Origin: Octopus vulgaris
Taxonomy: Eukaryota
Assembly (NCBI GenBank): GCA_951406725.2
Contig: OX597815.1
Coordinates: 159,340,001-159,404,000, forward strand
Length of the DNA stretch: 64,000 nucleotides
Reading direction: 5' to 3'
Made by a program: the position numbers and the translations under genes. Positions within the stretch are counted from its first letter, which is position 1. Every line of letters starts with the position of its first letter. The notes under the pieces are model-generated. The model searched no databases. It was not told where the DNA came from and saw only the letters and a list, made by a program, of their open reading frames with translations. Positions 35,701-48,306 of this stretch are shown in pieces.

Positions 35701-38700
35701 GCTAAGTAACTACAAGAACAAGAGTTTTATGTGTAAACCATATATTTTGTTTGTTCATTTTTCACGTTCATTTTCTCAAATGAATATATTATCGAGGCAT
35801 TGTTTCACAGTGGGATACTCTTCCTGTTGCTAACCTTTATTTAGTTTTCAATTAAGTGATCTCTTATTTCACATGTCTTTAAAGGCACAAAACCAGCAAA
35901 TGACTTGTTGATAGGGGAAATGACAATAACATCCTCACTTGTAGTTGAGCAATTTTTCAGTTAAGCTCAAATGGAAGTAAACACATAGGCTGACATATGC
36001 AACACACACACACACACATACAGAGGCTCACACACACACAGATGCGTATGCATCATCTAGCATATTAGGAAATAACTTAAGCTCAGCCAAATGCAAATGA
36101 TATCACAAGAAAACCCCTAAAACATCCTTATTGTCATCATTGTTCAACGTCCACTTTCCATACTGGCATGAGTTGGATGGTTTGACTTGGAGGTGGCTAG
36201 CAGGGAGCTGTCCAGGCTCCAGCTGTCTGTTGAGGCATGGTTTCTACGGCTGAATGTCCTTCCTAATGCCAACCACTTCAAAGAGTGTATTGGGTGCTTT
36301 TTATGTGCCACTGACACGAGTGTGTTTATGCAGTACTGGCATGTGTGCATTAATGCAGCACCAGCATCTGAAAGGACCTGAAAGCACCTAAAAGGACAAG
36401 CCTGTATGTGTGGAAGACAGCAATTTTACTTAGCAAGATAATTATTTTACTTAGCTACAATAATGATGAAAAAGAATTTTGTCTAAATCTCTGTTTAACC
36501 CTAAAGGATTGTCTGACCCTGCTTCATGTAGGAACAAAACATTGTAAAATAACAAGCCCTATGACAGGTTTCTTTCAGATTCTGTCTATCAAATTTACTC
36601 ATAAGGTAAGTAATACAATAGAAGATATCTGGCCAAAATGCTGTGCACTGGGACTGAACCTGGAACTACATGGTTGGAAAGCAAATGTCTGAATCATGTA
36701 GCCTTGTCTGCTCATATGAAAAATTTTCATGACCTAACACAAAAGAAACAAAATAAGAACCAAACAAACATGGAAATGAAAAATTACAATATTGCTATAA
36801 AGCTTTGATACAATTTGGTTTTGATCATAATTTCTGTAGAGTTGCCATAGCAACAAATGTATTTGGTAGACATGTCTAACCTTTTGGAAACAATGGAAAA
36901 AGTTGTATTTAAATAAAGCAACATACGTTTGTGGAACGTTTGTTAAATTTATGTCTGTGTTTTTTAATCACTTGTTGATAATTAAATTTATTACACTGAT
37001 AAAAGAATAAACAAATAAACGACATCTTGAAAGCTCTTCAGATATAATTAAAATAGAATCTAGAAATTAATTAAATTAATACAAATTAATACATAAAATA
37101 TCAACATTTTCACTTATTCCTTTTATTTTCCAATAATTCTATTTATAATGGTAATTTTTCTTGTTTTGTAACTTTCTTGAAAGAAATATTAAACTTTTCT
37201 CTTTCTGTTAGAGTTTAGTTTAAAGTTTTAGCAAAAAATTCTTTTTATCCTACTTGAAGATTTTAATTATGTTTTTCTTTTTTTTTCTGAAGTATTTGTT
37301 TCTCAATTTTTATGAATTTTTTTAAAAAACATTTTATGATTTTGTGTTGCATTTTAAAAGGATTTGATCAATTCATTGACTGAGGAAGAGTGTTCTAAGG
37401 TGCAAAATCTTGAAAACCAACAGACTTCACCAGAACGTAAATTAACATTAAGTATTGCAGATATAAAGGTAAGTTTTATACCCAAAGAGGTCCTTTAAAA
37501 AAAGAATATTGTGTTTATTTTTTTATTATTATTCTAAATGGTACACATAGATTGTGTAAAAATCGTGTCAGGAAATGTTTGGTAAAAAATGTCTATGGTA
37601 GGAGCAGGTGTACAAAACCTCGAAGTGGTAAGGTTTGTTTCTGGCCTCTTTCTTGTACCTCTCTCTCACACTCTATTTCTTTTCTCTCACTGGGTGACGA
37701 TGTACCTCCTCTATAGCAAGACACTTATTTCTGCCTTTCTATTTCTGTGTCACACTCTAACCTTTCATCACTGCTACTAGGTCACTTCTAATGTCCCCTC
37801 TGTTGTGGCAAGACACATGCTTCTATATCTCTGTCTCTTTGTCACACTCTAACCGTTCATCCTCTGTCACAAGTTCCCCTACTCTAATGCCCCTGCCCCT
37901 CTCATAATTCCTTGTCTTGTGAGTAACTTGGTTACCTTGCCAGTGCTGATGCCATGTTAAAAGCATCCAGTCCATACTGTAACATGGTTGGCATTTGGAA
38001 GGGCATCCAGCTATAAAAATCATGCCAAAACTAACCTTGCCACTGCTAGTGCCACATAAAAAGCTCTGAGTTCACTCTGCAGAGTGGTTGGTGTTAGGAA
38101 GGGCATCCAGCTGTAAAATCCCTGCCAAAACAGACACAGTAGACTTGGGTAGTTTTTCTACCTGTCAACTGTCCTACTCATGCATGAACGTTAAATGATA
38201 ATGATATATTTTTTTTATTTTATCTTTTATTTGTTTCAATCACTTGACTGCAGCCATGCTGGAGCACCACCTTTAGTCGAACAAATCGCCCCTAGGACTT
38301 ATTCTTTGTAAGTCTAATACTTATTCTATCAGTCCCTTTTGCTGAACCGCTAAGTTATGGGGATATAGACACACCAACATCAGTTGTCAAATGAGGTGGT
38401 GGGGGACAGCAGATGTTAACATAAAACTGAATATCAGTGAAAAAGAGAAGACCTATGTTGAACTATTGAGAAATCTGCAGTTACTCTGTCCAGATTACAA
38501 GTTTCGGTTTATACCTGTAATTATTGGAGCCCTGGGAGATGTAACACATTGCCTAAATACCAATCTTGAGAAATTAGGCTTCTCAAAACCAGAAAGTAGA
38601 AAGCTAATTCGAAGACTACAGATCCAATCCATCCCTGGAACTACAAAAATCTTTCCAGAAGTTTATCTTTTAAAAATATATGAACATGTCTAGATATACA

Positions 38701-41700
38701 ACTATATGCATAAGAATGCATACATAAAACAAAACATACAAACCTGCACATATACATTGATACATGCATACATACATACAAACAAAATTACCCTGTTGTT
38801 GATGTTGAAATTCCAATGAAGGAGCCTTGGATCTTGGTTAAAAACTGGCCCTTTCTCTGTTGGCAAGAAATCTTGAAATAAAACTGAATGATACATACAA
38901 ACAAAAATACTCTGTTGTTGATGTTGAAATTCCAATGTAGGGGCCTTAGATCTAGGTTAAAAACTGACTCTTTCTCTATTGGCAAGAAATCTTGAAATAA
39001 AACTGAATATACGTACATATATACAGCTGTCTACTTGTTAGATGAACATACCTTTGTTGACAGTTAAGTGTCACCAATGCCCATGCAAGGGTTTTAAGTT
39101 GAGTGCAGCTTGCACAACACCACCACATCTCTTACTAGCAATACCCAGACACCTACCTACCAACCAACCTACCTACCTACCTACCCATTTATATACATAT
39201 ATACTTACATGCAGAACTTACAGCTTTTGTACCCTGACATGAATTCTCATTGATACCTATCATCATTGGTGCATTAGTTTATGTACCAACAAATTTGCAC
39301 AAAAACCAGGAAATACTCGGTTTCACAGAAAAAGAGCAAAAAAACAAAAACAAACTGGTGCACATTCTCCTAATCCAGTGTATTAGTGGCACAGTGAAGA
39401 TTTGTAACACATCCCAAAAATTCTCCTTGTGAGATTCTTATTTGAAAATATTCACACACGTGGATGTGTGCATCAACAGTTCAGCCAACACACAAACTCA
39501 ACCACATATTTACAAACACTGGGAACTCTCTTAATTCAAAAAGTCCTAGCACTTTGTTATTGACTGCTTTCAACTCTCTTAAGAATTTAAATTAAACTAA
39601 AAAAAGAAAAACCATCATCATCATTTAACATCTGTCTTCTAAGCTGGCATGAGTTGGATGGTTTCAGAGGAGCCGACCAGGTAGAAGACTACACCAGGCT
39701 ACTGTGTATGTTTTCGCATGGTTTTTATGGCCGAGTGCTTTTTACATGGCACCAGCACATGAAAGGTTAGTTTTGGTATGGTTTTTACAGCTGGATGCCC
39801 TTCTAGATGTGTTATGTCACATGTTAGGATGCCTTCTACTCAACACCTCCGACTGCTACTCTACTACTGTCGACTACTCTACTTTGCTCGACTCTAGTCT
39901 ACCTTCTACTCTGACGTCTAGACTTCCCCCTTTATATCTAAATATTGGGCTAGTCTTCTTGATCATCTGGGGGCGTCTACACAACAAGATGTCTGCCACT
40001 TCACAGTATGGACTGGATGCTTTTTACGTGGCACCAGCATTGGCATGGTTACCAAATAACTTGCAAGACAAGAAGTATTTGAGAGGAGAGGGGGAATTAG
40101 TGTAAGTGATCTTGTGTCAGGTGATGAAAGATTAGCATATGACAGTGAGGCAGAAACAGGTGTCTTGTTATAAAGGAGGTACATGGTTACCCAGCCAAGA
40201 GAGAGAGAGGAAGAGAGAGAAAGAGAGTGAGTAAGAGGGAGAAAGTGGTAACCATACGTTTATATAAATAAATAGATGGATGTGTCACCAAACTGCTGAT
40301 TAAACTTTAGACTACTTTCTATTCTGTCTTCTCAAGTGAAATAAGAAATGTCCCTGCCATTGATTATTGTCTTAATTGTATCTCTGTATCGATTATGTCT
40401 CTTATCATATTTATTACAGAAACTAAAAGTCTCTCTTGAAATGAACTCAGACCTCAGGAAAAGCATTATGGAAGAACTGAGCTCTGTAAGTAGATTTTTT
40501 TGTTACCACCTTCCCAATGAAATACACTACCTGTAAGTTTTAATTAATTTTTGAAAAAAGCTAATTGAGAATTTTGAGTGATTTCATTAAATAACTTTTT
40601 ACTGATTAAATTAGTTTGAAATGTATGTTAACAGGAAGGGGTCATAAATAAAATTATGACAAGATCTTAGCAGAAAAAAGTGAAGCAGTGTTTCACTTTT
40701 TTGATTGTTATCTACTATTGATTCATCAATATGTGTGTGTGTGTAATACTCTATGCTATTCTTTTATTTGTTTCAGTCATTTGACTGTGGCTATGCTAGA
40801 GCACCACCTTTAGTCGAGCAAGTCGACCCCAGGACTTATTCTTTGTAAGCCTAGTACTTATTGTATCGGTCTCTTTTGCCAAACCGCTAATTTACGGGGA
40901 CGTAAACACACCAGCATTGGTTGTCAAGTGATGTTGGGGGGAAAAACACAAACACATAAACATATACACACACACATACATATATATATACATATATATG
41001 ATGGGTTTCTTTCAGTTTCCGTCTACCAAATTCACTCACAAGGCTTTGGTCGGCCCGAGGCTATAGCAGAAGACACTTGCCCAATGTGCCACGCAGTGGG
41101 ACTGAACCCAGAACCATGAAGTTCGTAAGCAAGCTACTTACCACACAGCCACTCCTACGCTAGTCAGAATTTTGTATCTATGTGTGTGTTTGAGTTGATT
41201 GATGGGGTAAAAGACTGTTTTTGTGTGAATACTAGCAAGAAGGTGTAATAAGAACGATCGGACTAGAAGTCAGGGTAGAATACTATAATTATTTAATAAC
41301 TCTCTCTTTTTCTCCCCCACCCCTTATCTCTTTTCACTTTCTTACAAAAGCAACTTTTGAGCTGAAAGAATTTGAAAATTCAAAAGATGTAAGTTTAAGT
41401 TATTGTAATACTGGTTCCTTTCAGATTTCATTAACTGACCAATACACACATACCCACATGTATAGACATGCACAAACATAGACTCACATGCGCACAAACA
41501 CAGACACACACTCAGACAGACAGACAGACACACACAATTACCATCATCATTATTTAATGTTTGTTCATTCATACCGACATAGGTTACTGTTTGATAGTTT
41601 CTAACAGGTCGGAGGACTGCATCATGTTTCAGTATCTATTTCAGCATGCTGTCTATACCTGGATACTCTTCCTGACCCAAATGGCTTTGCAGAGTGTACA

Positions 41701-42166
41701 GTGTGTCCTTTTTTTTTTTTACACGGCACCTGCATTATTGCAGTTGCCACGTAACTAACAAGAGTAAAAAGCTCCATCAACTGTGTGGGAGTATAGTAAG
41801 TAGGAGGTGGTTTTATGCAAGGTGTTGAGAAATTAAAATGTGTAAAAAGGGACAGGAACATGTTTCTCGAAGTAGAGGAGATACATGATTATCTTGCATT
41901 ATATAAAGGTGGATGGGGCTTTCTGGGTGAAGATGGAAATAGAGATAAAAGAGAGTGCTGACTAGACTGTACCCTCAAATGTCAAGGTAAATAGAAGAGA
42001 AAGTAGGGCCAGATGTGGAAGGATGGGGTATGTATTTAGAGAAAGGTCCAGATGAAGATGAATGTTATGAATGGTGAACAAGTTTGGAGGAGTGGTTGAG
42101 GATAAATATGATTTGGGAAGAAAGAGGAGGGGATGACTGGGGGGATAGAGAGAGTGAAGAGCAAGA

Positions 42167-42210
<44 letters not shown>

Positions 42211-45133
42211 GCTCTGATGCAGTACCAGGCAGTAGCTCTCGTGGCTTCTGATCTTAACTGATTGGAAGTGTTATCATGTACATTATTTTGTCTTGGTATA
42301 AAAGATGAGCTACAGCAAATATTCTGCTCAATACCACAGATTTGCTTGTCAGTTGTTTGACTTTAACCAGTTGAGCATGTCCCTTAGTGGCTGACGATAT
42401 GTGCATCTCTGATCACGAGCAGAAGTAGTGGGGGAGCATCATAGCCATGTGTTGAGAGGGATTCTTTGGGGTTTGAATAATTCACTTCTGGAAACATGGG
42501 TGTTTCGTTCAACATTCTTAAACAACCCTTATTCAGGGATCTTTTGAGCGGGATGGGTTACTCGACCAGAAAAAAATTCTAACTAGGCCCCACCTGCAAG
42601 GTCATGTGCTGTTTATCTTGATATGAGATCACCATGTTGCGCACATATGGTTGTGATGCATGTGCCTAATGTACCCTTATCAGACAGGTAGTCATGATGG
42701 GGCTTCGTATATTTTACCCCAGTGTCACTTTGATGGCATGCACTGCTCTCTCAGTCAATAATAATAATAATAATAATAGTAATAATAAGATCCCCAACTT
42801 CTGGTTGAAATATCTAACAGGAATGCACAAAAAGCTGGCTGAAAACTTTAACAACATACTAGCAGAGCCAGAGACAATGCCTGAATGGCTCATGAAGGGG
42901 AAAACCATCTTAATTCCCAAATCAAATGAGACAGCAAAACCAGAAAACTACAGACCTATAACCTGTCTCCCTACAATGTACAAGGCATTTACTGCAGTAA
43001 TATCGCAAAGATTGAACAAGCACCTGGACGAAAACAACCTGTTTCCAGAAGAGCAGAAAGGATGCCGCAAAGGCTCATATAGCTGTAAAGATCAACTAAT
43101 GATCAATAAGGCCATAACTGAAGACAGCCACAGAAAGAAGAAAGGCCTCAGTATGGCCTGGATCGACTACAAAAAGGCGTTTGATAGCGTCCCCCACACA
43201 TGGATCCTCGAAACACTAGCCATTAACAAAGTAGCACCAACAATTATAAAATACATAGGACACTCTATGAATAAATGGCAAACAGTGCTACAGCTCCAAA
43301 CAAAAGAGGGACTCATCAAAACCAAAGCCATCCCCATTAGAAGAGGAATATTCCAGGGAGACACGCTCTCTCCACTCCTTTTCTGCTTGGCACTGTCACC
43401 TCTATCTGATTTTCTAAATAGAACTGGATGCGGATATAAATGTTACGACAAATCGATCAGCCGCCTTTTATATATGGATGACCTAAAGCTATACGCTGCA
43501 AATGACAAACAGCTGGAAACACTATTAAAGACAGTTCATGGATTTACCAAAGAAATAGATATGAAATTTGGATTAGAAAAATGCGCCAAAGTAACCCTGA
43601 AAGAGGAAAACTAGTTAAGAGTAGCAACAACATCACACTAGATAAAACCAATGAAATAAAAGAATTAGACCAAAGCCAAACTTACAAATACTTAGGAATC
43701 CATGAAGTAGATAAGACACAACACACACAAATGAAAGAGAAAATAAAAAAAGAATATTATAGACGAGTTAGATCAATACTAAAAACAGAGCTCAATGCTA
43801 AAAACAAGATAATAGGTATTAACATTTTAGCTGTCCCAGTTATAAGTTACAGCTACAATATCCTTAACTGGACACTAAATGAACTGACCAAAATAGATAG
43901 GAAAACAAGAAAAATAATGACAGGATCTAGGATGCATCACCCAAAATCTGACATAGAAAGACTATATATACAACGTATAGAAGGTGGTAGAGGCCTTATA
44001 CAGCTGGAAAACTACTATAAAATAACCACCATAGGACTGCAAAAATATCTACTTCAGAAGGAAGGAAAACTGATACAAATAGCAGCAAAACACGAGCAAA
44101 ACAAAAAACTGTTCTCAGTATTTAAGGAAGCTGACAAATACAAACAAGAAATCATACCACCTAACAAATATGAAGAAGAAGAAGAAGATGAAGAAACAAC
44201 AAAAGTTATAAAACAAATGAAATCCAAACTAAAACTAGAACAGCAAAGAACCATGATAAAACGATGGCAAGAAAAGCCCCTTCATGGTAAATACTGGACT
44301 AAACTAAATGCAAAAGAAATAGACAAAGAAAAATCCCAGCAATGGCTGAGAAGCTCAGGACTCAAAGCAGAGACAGAGGGATTTTTAATTGCAGCACAAG
44401 ACCAAAGCCTCCCCACCAGAAATTACCAAAAACATGTAATGAAAAGAAATATAACAAGTAACTGCAGAATATGTGGAGATGGACAAGAAACAATAAATCA
44501 TATTATCTCTGGCTGCCCAGTCCTGGCTAAGAAGGAATATATTCACAGACATAACAGAGTTGGGACCTACATACACTGGAAGCTATGCCAACATTATGGA
44601 ATAACAACAGAAAAAAGATGGTATAGGCACACACCAGAAAAGGTCACAGAAAACGAGAAAGCAACCATACTCTGGGATATGCCGATACACACAGATAGAG
44701 AAATTAAGGCCAACAGACCAGATATAGTTGTCAGAGATCATGAAGGAAAAAAATGCTTTCTAATTGATGTATCAATACCAGCAGATGACAATGTGTCTCT
44801 AAAAGAAATGGAGAAACTTTCAAAATACAAAGACCTGGAAATAGAGGTAACCAGAATGAGGAATCTAAAAACAGAAACAATTCCTATCATAGTAGGTGCA
44901 TTAGGCATGATAAAAAAATATTCAGACAAATACATAACAAAAACACCAGGACTTACAAACACATATAACATACAGAAAATTGCACTACTAGGCACTGCAC
45001 ACATCCTACGCAGAACACTTTCCATACAATAACCATCAGAGCATCACAACAAATGATGTCTCACATACCCAAGGCACACAGAGCTGCGCTCGGTAGTGAA
45101 GTGAAAGCACGCTATAAAAATAAAACTACGGAT

Positions 45134-45165
<32 letters not shown>

Positions 45166-47415
45166 ATAATAATAATACAGGATGAGAGAAAATCAAAAGT
45201 TGGTGTTGCTAATTAATTTATAGAAAACAAACTAATTACTTGTAGTGGGACTCTATGCTGTAAATAGAGTTAAATTTATTAATCATGTTTGAGTTATCTA
45301 GGCTTTAATTTTCACTTTAGGTGCAAAATAAGGTGGAAGAAATTGTACTTGAATACCAAAGGTGGAGCAAAATACTATATTTACAGGAGTTTGCTTATAT
45401 TGCTGGTCATAGAGTGACCGATGGTTTTACATCCATAAAGTGCTTAGCTTTATGGATGTGAAGCCATTGGTCAGTCTATGACCAGCTATAGTACCGGGGT
45501 CATTACATTCAACAAAAAATTCTTCAAGCTGATGCCCCAGCATGGGCGCAGTGTAACAACTGAAACAAGTAAAAGATAAAAGATAAAAAATGCTGACCAA
45601 AGTCTTGCAAGTGGAATTCAACACTGAAAGAAGTTCCTTGTGAGCATGTGTGTTTGCATGTGAGTAAGCATATGTGTCTGTGTGTGCACGTGTGTGTCTA
45701 TGTGTGCATGTATGTGTCTGTTTACATCTGTGCTTCTCCTAAATTTACTGAATTACAAGTTGCCAGTACCATCTGACTGGCCCTCATGTCGGTGGTATGT
45801 AAAAGCACCCACTACACTCTCGGAGTGGTTGGTGTTAGGAAGGGCATCCAGCTGTTGAAACTCTGCCAGATCATGATTGGAGCCTGGTGCAGCCATCTGG
45901 TTCACCAGTTCTCAGTCAAATCGTCCAACCCATGCTAGCATGGAAAGCGGACATTAAACGATGATGACGGTGGTGGTGGCGAGGAGCAGTGACATTGTTG
46001 TTATTTCCCCTGTAAACAAAACTCTGCTTTAAGTCTTCAAAAACGTGAAATGAAAGATGATTTATTTGAAACACAGGTAAGAGTCAGAAGCAGAGAAAAG
46101 CATCTGGTTCTTTCATGTTTTATTGTTTCAGTCGTTAGACTGCATCCATGCTGGGGCACCACCTTTGAAGAATTTTAGTTGAACAATTTGATCTCAGTAC
46201 TTATTTTTGGTTTCTAAAGCCTGGTACTTATTCTGTTGGTTTCTTTTGCCACTGGTTGTCAAGCAGTGGTGGAGGACAAGCATAGATACAAAGACACACA
46301 CACATACATGCACACATATATATGATGGGCTTCTTTCAGTTTTCATCTATCAAATCCAATCACAAAACTTTGATCAGTTTGAGGCTATAGTAGAAGACAT
46401 TTGCCTGTGGTGCAACTCTGTGGGACTGAACCTGGAGCCATGTGGTTGGAAAGCAAACTTCTTACCACATGGCCAAGCCTCAATAATATATTCATTTAAC
46501 TCCTCCTAGCATATAAGAAAACAGGTGTAAAACCAAATGACTCCGTAGTCTAGCAGCAAAATGAATTGTTAACAATGTCACCGACTTGTTCTCCAGAGTG
46601 TCTATGAGCACACATCAATCCAACTTTCTCTTAGGCACTTTCTTTTAGAATTGTCTTTCATATAAAATTGTGTCAGTTTCTACACTTTGTTTAATCTGAC
46701 ACCTGTTTATTGTAATGGAAAATGACAAGCTTTCATTGGAAACAGACAGTGCTACAATCAATAGAACTTAGATGAGACATATGCTAGAATTAGCAACCAA
46801 ATTCTTCTCAATTCACACTCCATTTTAAATTAGGAGGGATACATAAGTTAAGTTTTTTGTTACCACGTCTATTGAAATACACTGCATGGGTTCTGATTAG
46901 TTGGTGAAATAATGAAGAATTTAGCTGGTATCTAGAACATGGCATGGCTCTGGCACCCTGTTGATTACAATGACAAGGGTTCCAGTTGATCTGATCAATG
47001 GAACGGCCTGCTCATGAAATTAATATGCAAGTGGCTGAGCACTTCACAGACACATGTATACCTAACATAGTTCACAGGGAGATTCAGCATGACACATATT
47101 GTGACAAGGCTGGCCCTTTGAAATGCAGATACTACTCATTTTTGTCAGCTGAGTGGACTGGAGCAACCTGAAATAAAGTGTCTCAGGAAATCAAACTCAT
47201 AAGCTTATGATCATGAGCTGAATATTCTAACCACTAAGTCACGCACCATCACTGTCTGGAACAAGTGGCTATGTGGTAAGTAGCTTGCTTACCAACCACA
47301 TGGTTCTGGGTTCAGTCTCACTGTGTGGCACCTTGGGCAAGTGTCTTCTACTATAGCCTCGGGCCATAAAGCCTTGTGAGTGGATTTGGTTGATGGAAAC
47401 TGAAAGAAGCCCATC

Positions 47416-47449
<34 letters not shown>

Positions 47450-47642
47450 CAAAATGTGACCATGTGTACCGTTGGTGCTCTGTCTTCCTTCTTTGGATCT
47501 TTCCTTTTCCTATGTTTCTGATGAAGGGCTCCCTCGAAACGTTAAACCCTCCTTCTTTCCTTCCTTCCTGAGCGTCCAATAATACTATATTTGTTACGTC
47601 CTCGCGTTGTTGTGTTTTCTCTTTGTGTTTTCATGTTTGGAT

Positions 47643-47681
<39 letters not shown>

Positions 47682-48252
47682 TGTCGTTTGTGTATATGTC
47701 TGTTTGTCCCCCCAACATCGCTTGACTACCGATGGTGGTGTATTTACGTCCTTGTAACTTAGTGGTTTAGCCAAAGCGACTGATAGAATGAGTACTAGGC
47801 TTACAAGAAATAAATCCTGGGGTCGATTTGCTTGACTAAAGGCGGTGCTAGCATGGCCTCAGTCAAATGACTATAAAAGAGTATTATTAAAGTTTGATGG
47901 ACGGTTCTAATTTAGATCCTTTTAAAACAGGAAGTTTGTATGAAAGAACCAGGGGTGGTCTCATGCAGGTCAGTATTAGAAGGGTTAACATATGTTGCTA
48001 AAGCGATAGGATAATGACAGTTGAAATACCTTTGAGCATCGGTCTGCCTCATCAAAGCTGGCCTGGGACTAAAATGCCTTTGATCATAGGTTTGCTCAAA
48101 TGAAGATGACCTGGAGTTAAACAAGCCACAACAACATCAACCAGAAGTCAGAAATGATAACTCTTCCTTCCTTCCTGAGCGTCCAATAATACTATGATTT
48201 GTTACATGTCCTCGCGTTGTTGTGTTTTCTCTTTGTGTTTTCATGTTTGGAT

Positions 48253-48306
<54 letters not shown>

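Noticed and set aside
42209-42270. HDV-like ribozyme at the 5' end of the 550-bp element
   Set aside because: A P3/L3-like hairpin is present but no P1 pairing or J4/2 motif could be built
42694-42788. ORF-track start of the RT ORF (MMGLRIF...NNNN)
   Set aside because: Read-through of the neighbouring element and the (AAT)n tract; the retrotransposon is 5'-truncated at ~42789
45321-45361. Extra KATNIP exon [13 protein letters not shown] after a good acceptor
   Set aside because: No strong donor in a compatible phase; 40485 joins 51364 in frame without it
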